Source: a candidate division FCPU426 bacterium (GTDB lineage: Bacteria > Oederibacteriota > JAAXVQ01 > JAUVAV01). Taken from it: a DNA stretch of 64,000 nucleotides. The notes below the pieces were generated by a model that saw nothing but the letters and a program-made list of their open reading frames with translations, did not search any database and was not told where the DNA came from. Below, piece by piece: positions 58,156 through 64,000 of this stretch. A program made the translations under genes and the position numbers. Position 1 is the first letter of the stretch. Each line of letters opens with the position of its first letter. Where the stretch lies: positions 1,148,878-1,212,877 of the forward strand of contig JBFLYH010000001.1 in NCBI GenBank assembly GCA_040756875.1, read 5' to 3'.

Positions 58156-59133
58156 TCAACGCGACCGGCCCCTGCCGCCGCCCGGGCGCCGCGGCATGAA
58201 CGGGTTGGTCTTTTGCTCTTCCGAATTTCCCCTGAGCAGGCTGAGATCCGGCGTCTCGATGGCCAGCGTATCTTCGGGGCCGATCCCGGACACCACCTCG
58301 GTTTGATTGTCGCTTTTCAAGCCGATCCCGACCTGGCGGGGCAAGGAAGGCTTTCCCGCTCCCTGGCTGACAGCCACCCAGAACTTCCCTTTCACTTCCT
58401 GCACGGCCTCGCGCGGCACCAGCAGCGCATGCTCCTTGGCGGCCACGATGATGTCCGCCGTGGCGCTCATGCCGGAACGGAAAACCGGCGGCACCTGGTT
58501 GGGCAGGATGTCGACTTCATAAATGGTGACGTTGTTGATGACCTGGGATTCGTAGGCGATGTGGTCCACGCGCGAAGGGACCCGGATGTCCGGATAGGCG
58601 TCGAGTGACACCGTGGCGTCCTGGCCGACCTGGACTTTGCCGATGTCGGTTTCATCCACCTGGGCCTTGACGATCAGGCGGTCCGAAAGCACCAGGATCG
58701 CGTCGCTCACGCTCACGGTCTGCCCCGGTTCCACGCCCCGGACGATCACCGTGCCGTTGATGGGCGAAACCACGGGCGCGGGCTTGTAGGCGTCGCTCCA
58801 CTCCGCGAGCCCCTTCTCGCCCTGGCTGCGGGCCGCGTCCAGCAGGGCGGCGCGCTCGGTCGAACTCATCCAGGCCAGGGTTTGCCCCCGCCGCACCTGG
58901 TCCCCTTCCTGGACCAGGATTTGGTCCACTCGGCCGGCAATGGGCGGTTTCAGTTCCAACCGGTTCTGCGGCTCCACGGTGCCGGTGGTGGACACAGTCA
59001 CCTGGATGGAACCGTATTCAGGCTGGACGGTTTGCACCTCGTTGCCTTGGCCTTTGGGCGAACAGCCGGCCAGGGCCAGGGCGACCACCGCGAATCCGAG
59101 CCCGAACCAGCGATGTTCAAGGTTCCGTGACAT
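58156..59133 (-). CDS. Efflux periplasmic adaptor (MacA-like) lipoprotein
   Basis: Lipobox LAGC, lipoyl halves, VDETDIGKV, GMSATADI. Confidence 0.88.
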   Translation of the reverse strand: MSRNLEHRWFGLGFAVVALALAGCSPKGQGNEVQTVQPEYGSIQVTVSTTGTVEPQNRLELKPPIAGRVDQILVQEGDQVRRGQTLAWMSSTERAALLDAARSQGEKGLAEWSDAYKPAPVVSPINGTVIVRGVEPGQTVSVSDAILVLSDRLIVKAQVDETDIGKVQVGQDATVSLDAYPDIRVPSRVDHIAYESQVINNVTIYEVDILPNQVPPVFRSGMSATADIIVAAKEHALLVPREAVQEVKGKFWVAVSQGAGKPSLPRQVGIGLKSDNQTEVVSGIGPEDTLAIETPDLSLLRGNSEEQKTNPFMPRRPGGGRGRSR

Positions 59134-60385
59134 TCAATCCTCCTCCTTGGGCCTGCACCCAGGCGGCCTTGGCGTTTTGGCTCTTGGCGTGCGCGTTTAA
59201 AGCCGCGAGCTTGGCCGAGACCAAGTCATCCTCGATGATCGTCCAGTTGTCGAACCCGATCAGGCCCGTGGTGTATTCAGCCTGGGAGATGCGGGCCCGT
59301 TCCTCGGCCGCAGCTAAAAACTGCCCCTGCACGGCCACGTTATCCAGGGCCTGGCCGTAATTGCTCCAAGCGCTGACCAGGTCGTAACGCAGGCTGTTTT
59401 TACCACTGACCAGGGCCGCCTGGGCCTGCCGCCAGGCCGCCTGGGCTTTGTCCACCTGCGACCAGCGGCGAAAACCGGTAAAGAGCGGCCAGTTGAGCGA
59501 CAAGCCGGCCGAAAGGCTCGGCTCGTCGGGCCACCAGTCCGGCCCGCTGCGGCCGATGCTGCCCGAGGCGGACAGAGTGGGATACCAGTCGCCCGCGGCT
59601 TCAGCCGCGGCCAGGCGCGCGCTTTCGGCCTGGCTGGCCAGGGACAGGCTGCCCGGATGCTTCTCCAGCAGGCTTGCGAAATCAGGTTCAGGCACAACCG
59701 CCGGCAGGTCGAGGGTGCCCGCGGCCTGCAAAGGCGCGAACGCTTCCCGTCCCAGTTGCTGCGACAACCCGTACTGGGCGAGCAGCAGATCGCGTTCGGC
59801 CTGGGCGTGGTTGGCCTGGGCCTGAGCGAACTGGGCTTGGGCCAGCAGCAGCGAACCGCGGTGCTCCCGGCCGGCTTCATACCGCATCTTCACCAAGTCT
59901 AAATTCTTGCAGCGCCGCGCCTCGATGTCTTGCGTTAAACCGGTCATCAGTTGGGCGAGCAGCAGTTCGACGTATGCCTGGCGCAGGCGCAGGCGCACGC
60001 CGGCCTCGGTGGTCGCATAGTCAAAGCGGGCCGCGGCCAGCGAGGCGGCGGCCCCCTGATAACCATGCAATGATTGCATCCCGTCGAACAACAACTGTTG
60101 CACCGACAGATTAGCGTTCCAATTTTTAGAAAGGCTGAGATCCTCGGCCCAGGAGCCGGACAGGGACAACCCTCCCGACACCTGGGGCAGCATGGGACTC
60201 AAGGCGATTTGCAGGTTGGCTTCGGCCTGGCGCACGCGTTCAGCTTTGGCGGCCAAATCCGGATTGTGGGTTCCGGCTTCGTGGACGCAGTCTTCCCATG
60301 TCAGGGTTGATTCAGCCGCCAGGACCGGACTTGCGCACAGGACGGCGATAACCAGGCAACCTATTCCCGCGAGGAATTTCCTCAT
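59117..60385 (-). CDS. TolC family outer-membrane efflux protein
   Basis: Signal peptide and duplicated OEP pattern (NPDL, PQVS, LFDG; YPTL, PLFTG). Confidence 0.9.
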   Translation of the reverse strand: MRKFLAGIGCLVIAVLCASPVLAAESTLTWEDCVHEAGTHNPDLAAKAERVRQAEANLQIALSPMLPQVSGGLSLSGSWAEDLSLSKNWNANLSVQQLLFDGMQSLHGYQGAAASLAAARFDYATTEAGVRLRLRQAYVELLLAQLMTGLTQDIEARRCKNLDLVKMRYEAGREHRGSLLLAQAQFAQAQANHAQAERDLLLAQYGLSQQLGREAFAPLQAAGTLDLPAVVPEPDFASLLEKHPGSLSLASQAESARLAAAEAAGDWYPTLSASGSIGRSGPDWWPDEPSLSAGLSLNWPLFTGFRRWSQVDKAQAAWRQAQAALVSGKNSLRYDLVSAWSNYGQALDNVAVQGQFLAAAEERARISQAEYTTGLIGFDNWTIIEDDLVSAKLAALNAHAKSQNAKAAWVQAQGGGLNVTEP

Positions 60386-60453
60386 TTCCCATGCTCCTGA
60401 CCGTTAAAAAATGAGTATGCAAGTTTAATTCGTAACCTTCGCTTTATACAAGT

Positions 60454-60477
60454 AAAAAACGCCGGCACCGGCGTTTT
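60454..60477 (-). terminator. Probable terminator downstream of the HDOD gene
   Basis: AAAAAACGCCG-GCAC-CGGCGTTTT hairpin. Confidence 0.55.
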
Positions 60478-60568
60478 CAACGCAAAACCCTCTTGCCTAC
60501 AATATGCCCAAGCGGATAAAAAGGTTCCGGTTTTCTTTTGGAATGAAGGGATTATTTACGGACGAGGG

Positions 60569-61414
60569 TCAGCGCGTTTCCCACTGCTTTTCGGTCTTTT
60601 CCAGCGAAACCACGACTTCCGCGCACAAGGCCTGGATGGCTTCCTCGGTCAACCCCAGGCGCTCCGCGGAATGGCCGCTGACTTCCATGCGGTATTGTTC
60701 CGTGCCCAGCCCCTGGCCGACCAGCTTGGCCACGGCGTTGCCGATATGCACGGCGTCCAGCACCACGTCGGGTTCGCGCTCAGGTTCATGGTGAAAGGCA
60801 ATGGCTTTGACCAGGGGTTCTGGAATTTTCCACTCCCGGGCAATGGCGGCTCCGACTTCCGCGTGGTCGGTGCCCGTGATTTCCCGCTCCGCCTGGATAT
60901 ACGTCAGGTTTTTGTCCTCCATGGCGTGCTGGATCGCGTCCTTGAGGTTGTCCGTGCCCAGATGCCGCCCCAGCACCAGTTTGCCGATGTCGTGGATGAG
61001 CGCGCCGGTGAAGGCCGCGGGCGGGATCGGGACCTTGGCAAAATGCGACAGGCTTTCCGCAGCCAAGGCCGCGGCCACGCTGTGCCGCCACAATTCGTTC
61101 TCGGTCAGGCTGTAGCCGCGGTTCCCCTGCTTCATGGGTTTCATCAGGTGGTAGCCGATGGCCAGTTTCAATATGTTTTCCGAACCCAGCCGGATCACCG
61201 CGTCCCGCACGTTCTCGATCGGGGTGCGGGACTGGCTCCAGGCGGAATTGGCCCAGCGCAGGACATTGGCGGTCAGCGCCTGATCGAATTTGATCACGCC
61301 GACGAACGCATCGGTCTCGGAATTCGGGTCCGAAACCAGCTCCGCCAGGCGCACCACCGACAGGGGCAGCGGCGCCAGGCTCTGAATTTCCGAAGGTTTA
61401 ATGGGACCCAGCAT
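60569..61414 (-). CDS. HDOD domain protein
   Basis: DQALTANVLRWANS, LWRHS, LIHDIGK, DHAEVG, AIAFHH. Confidence 0.92.
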   Translation of the reverse strand: MLGPIKPSEIQSLAPLPLSVVRLAELVSDPNSETDAFVGVIKFDQALTANVLRWANSAWSQSRTPIENVRDAVIRLGSENILKLAIGYHLMKPMKQGNRGYSLTENELWRHSVAAALAAESLSHFAKVPIPPAAFTGALIHDIGKLVLGRHLGTDNLKDAIQHAMEDKNLTYIQAEREITGTDHAEVGAAIAREWKIPEPLVKAIAFHHEPEREPDVVLDAVHIGNAVAKLVGQGLGTEQYRMEVSGHSAERLGLTEEAIQALCAEVVVSLEKTEKQWETR

Positions 61415-61504
61415 ATGCTCCCGTCCTAGCAGGGTGCTGAAAAACCCATATATGCTCCGCCAGCACCCTTCAATGCAACGCAATCGACTATAGTCGTCAG
61501 CCTA

Positions 61505-61966
61505 TTAGGCGGTGTCCACCCACGCCTGACCCGTGCCCATGTTCAGATAAAGCGAACGGGTTTTCTGGCCTCCGACCTCGAGCAGCGAGGGCAAGAGGCG
61601 GTTTTGCTTGAGGATGCCGACCGCCTGCTGCACGTTCTGCTTGCCGATGGCAAAGACTTCCTTGCCATTGGGCAGCAAATCCGCGCCGCCGGCCAGCATA
61701 ATGGTCATGTGCTCCAGCTGCCCGCCCTCGTTGCAGGCGGCCTCCAGAAACAGCGGCAGCCCTGTATCCGCGAACATCCAGGGATTTCTTTGCGCCAATT
61801 TGGGGTACACCCTGGCGCTGGGCAGCATCATATGCAGCATGCCGCCGACTTTTTGCTCAAAGTCGTAGAGGGCGATCCCTACGCCCGTGCCCACGCCCAA
61901 AGCCATCAGCGTTTCAGCCTTGGATTTGGACAGGCGCATCTGCGACAATCCGACGTTTACTTTCAT
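61505..61966 (-). CDS. CheD-like protein lacking the catalytic Cys
   Basis: GGMLHMMLP, FADTG, AGGA, IGKQN, VGG..R. LGSC is replaced by VGTG. Confidence 0.85.
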   Translation of the reverse strand: MKVNVGLSQMRLSKSKAETLMALGVGTGVGIALYDFEQKVGGMLHMMLPSARVYPKLAQRNPWMFADTGLPLFLEAACNEGGQLEHMTIMLAGGADLLPNGKEVFAIGKQNVQQAVGILKQNRLLPSLLEVGGQKTRSLYLNMGTGQAWVDTA

Positions 61967-62000
61967 CGGCCGCCTCCTGAGATGCGTTTTTCCATAGGAA

Positions 62001-62027
62001 TGATCGGCGTTTTCCGGAAAGACTTGA
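62001..62027 (-). promoter_or_regulatory. Putative sigma28 (FliA) promoter
   Basis: TCAA-N15-GCCGATCA on the minus strand, upstream of the CheD-like gene. Confidence 0.55.
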
Positions 62028-62125
62028 GGGTTGACGCAATTCTTAAATGGAGCCCCCGGGTGGTTTAAAGAAGTCCTTTCAGGTGCAAGCCCGGGGTGCC
62101 GTACAGAAGGGCTGGCCCTGGACGA

Positions 62126-62545
62126 TCAGGATGCGGAAGGCTTGATATCGGCGAGAAAATCCTTCAGGCGCTTGCGGTCATAGGTGGTCAGTTCCATAAA
62201 CTGGACGCCGGAAAGGAAATGGCCGGCTTCCTGCTTTTGCCATACGACCTTGGAAAGAATGAAGGCCTGGATGGTCTTGCGGACCGTTTCCTTGTCCGGT
62301 TGCTGCGCCCCGGCGGACGGGAGGGCGGGTAAAAACAGGTTGATCATCAGCTGCTGGCCGGCTTCGAGGGCGTGGTGCCCCTTCATGGCCAGTCCGCCCA
62401 GGGCCAGGTCGTGGGTATAGCCTTCCTGCAGGTGGCCGTGGTCCCGCAGTTTGAGGGACAGGTAATGCAGTTTCACCTTGACCGGATATCTCGGATGCCG
62501 GCGGCGGTCGGTAAAAGCACGGTTGGCGAGCCTAAATACGGACAT
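62126..62545 (-). CDS. PilZ domain protein
   Basis: DRRRHPR, DLALGG, VVW...SGVQF. Confidence 0.85.
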   Translation of the reverse strand: MSVFRLANRAFTDRRRHPRYPVKVKLHYLSLKLRDHGHLQEGYTHDLALGGLAMKGHHALEAGQQLMINLFLPALPSAGAQQPDKETVRKTIQAFILSKVVWQKQEAGHFLSGVQFMELTTYDRKRLKDFLADIKPSAS

Positions 62546-62627
62546 GGGGTGCTCCTTCAGCAACTGGTTTTATTCTAACCCCATCCGAGGATAGGCACAA
62601 GGCTTTCAGCGGGCGGAACCGTCATTT

Positions 62628-63305
62628 TTATGATTGGGGTTTGCCGGGTTCTTGGCAATGGTGCCGCACGATCTTCCCGCGGATCATGTAGACCACGTCC
62701 TCCGCGATGTTGGTGGCATAATCCGCGATGCGTTCCAGGTTCTTGGAGACCGAAAGCATGCGGATGAACAGGTCCATGTACTCCGGCTGCTTGCGGATGC
62801 TGTCCTGCACCAGGCCGTACATTTCGGCGTGGAGTTTATCCACCTCGTCGTCCGAAGTGAGCACGCATTGGGCCAGGTTTTCGTCCAGGTTGATCATCGC
62901 ATCCAGGCTGTGGCGGAGCATGGCCCGGACCTTGGCCGCCATGCCGGCATAGTCGTAAGGCATGTTCAACGGCGGCGCCTGCGTAAAATACACCGCCTGT
63001 TCGGCGATATTGACCGCCAGGTCGCCGATGCGTTCCAGGTCGTTGTTGATTTTCAGAATGGCGACCACATAGCGCAAATCCGCGGCCACCGGCTGATGCA
63101 AAGCGAGAATCTTGAGGCACTCCTCTTCCACATCCACTTCCATTTGGTCGATCTGGTCGTCGTCCCGCACGACTTCCATGGCAAGTCTCTCGTCCCTCCG
63201 GCTAACGGACAGCACGGCCTTTTCCACGCTCTGTTCCACCAGGGAACACAGTGTGAGAATCTGCTTGCGCAGCCGTTCCACTTCTTTCATCAGGTGCCAG
63301 GACAT
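62628..63305 (-). CDS. phoU: Phosphate signalling complex protein PhoU
   Basis: QPVAADLR, DLERIGD, LERIADYATNIAE. Confidence 0.95.
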   Translation of the reverse strand: MSWHLMKEVERLRKQILTLCSLVEQSVEKAVLSVSRRDERLAMEVVRDDDQIDQMEVDVEEECLKILALHQPVAADLRYVVAILKINNDLERIGDLAVNIAEQAVYFTQAPPLNMPYDYAGMAAKVRAMLRHSLDAMINLDENLAQCVLTSDDEVDKLHAEMYGLVQDSIRKQPEYMDLFIRMLSVSKNLERIADYATNIAEDVVYMIRGKIVRHHCQEPGKPQS

Positions 63306-63320
63306 AGTGTCGGTGCCTCC

Positions 63321-64000
63321 TCAGCCAAACCGGCCGGTAATATAATCTTCTGTCTGTTTGTGGTCCGGGGTGGTAAATATTTTGGTGGTTTCGTTAAACT
63401 CGATCAGCCGCCCCTCGAAAAAAAAGCCTGTCAGATCGGACACGCGGGCCGCCTGTTGCATGTTGTGGGTCACGATCACGATCGTGTATTCACTGCGCAG
63501 TTCGCCGATCAGATCCTCTATTTTGGTGGTCGACCGCGGGTCCAGGGCCGAAGCCGGTTCATCCATGAGCAGAATGGTGGGATTCACGGCCAAGGCCCGA
63601 GCCACGCACAGGCGCTGCTGCTGCCCGCCCGACAAAGCCATGGCGCTGTCGTCCAGTCGGTCTTTGACTTCCTCCCACAGGGCCGAGCGCTCCAGGCTGC
63701 GCCGGACAATCTCGTCGAGTTGGCGATGGTCGCGCACACCGTGAATGCGCGGGCCATAGGCAATATTATCATAAATACTTTTGGGAAATGGATTCGACTT
63801 TTGAAAAACCATGCCCACCTGCTTGCGCAGGGCCACGACATCCATATTGGCCTGGTAAATATCCCGGCCGTTGACCTTAATCGCGCCTTGAACCCGGGTG
63901 CCGTCGATGATATCGTTCATGCGGTTCAAAGAACGCAAGAACGTGGACTTGCCGCAGCCCGAAGGGCCGATCAAGGCTGTGACCTGGCGCGCGGGAATGG
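63321..64000 (-). CDS. pstB: Phosphate ABC transporter ATPase (5' end outside the window)
   Basis: [33 protein letters not shown]. Confidence 0.95.
   Translation of the reverse strand, partial: IPARQVTALIGPSGCGKSTFLRSLNRMNDIIDGTRVQGAIKVNGRDIYQANMDVVALRKQVGMVFQKSNPFPKSIYDNIAYGPRIHGVRDHRQLDEIVRRSLERSALWEEVKDRLDDSAMALSGGQQQRLCVARALAVNPTILLMDEPASALDPRSTTKIEDLIGELRSEYTIVIVTHNMQQAARVSDLTGFFFEGRLIEFNETTKIFTTPDHKQTEDYITGRFG

Noticed and set aside
1-64000. CRISPR array, tRNA/rRNA, IS or prophage genes
   Set aside because: No regularly spaced direct repeats, cloverleaf or rRNA signatures, or transposase, integrase or phage motifs were seen.

Overview
High-GC diderm bacterial chromosomal window with dense, mostly housekeeping or accessory genes. 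I found no rRNA, tRNA, CRISPR array, prophage or transposase. Recognisable blocks: a cobalamin riboswitch-controlled btuB/F/D/C-btuR operon, an L,D-transpeptidase plus M15 peptidase pair, glgP, ldh, trpD, mgtE, miaA, phr-ybgA, a TolC-MacA-MacB efflux operon, pstB-phoU, and many chemotaxis or c-di-GMP genes (MCP, 2 PAS-GGDEF-EAL, 2 PilZ, HDOD, CheD-like). Three things stand out. (i) An unnamed five-gene envelope module at 22.9-28.9 kb (secreted protein, outer-membrane beta-barrel, HAMP histidine kinase, sigma54 activator, secreted helical protein) sits behind a GG-N10-GC promoter and repeated upstream sites. (ii) A small B3/EcoRII-N-like protein carries eight (D/E)RRxx repeats. (iii) An unusual number of intact genes have substituted catalytic motifs (archaemetzincin, GlpK, YchF, CheD, TIGR02391/HEPN-like, one GGDEF). 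All family calls come from motif recognition by eye; no database searches were run. Several starts were moved downstream of the ORF-track start to the most plausible ATG.
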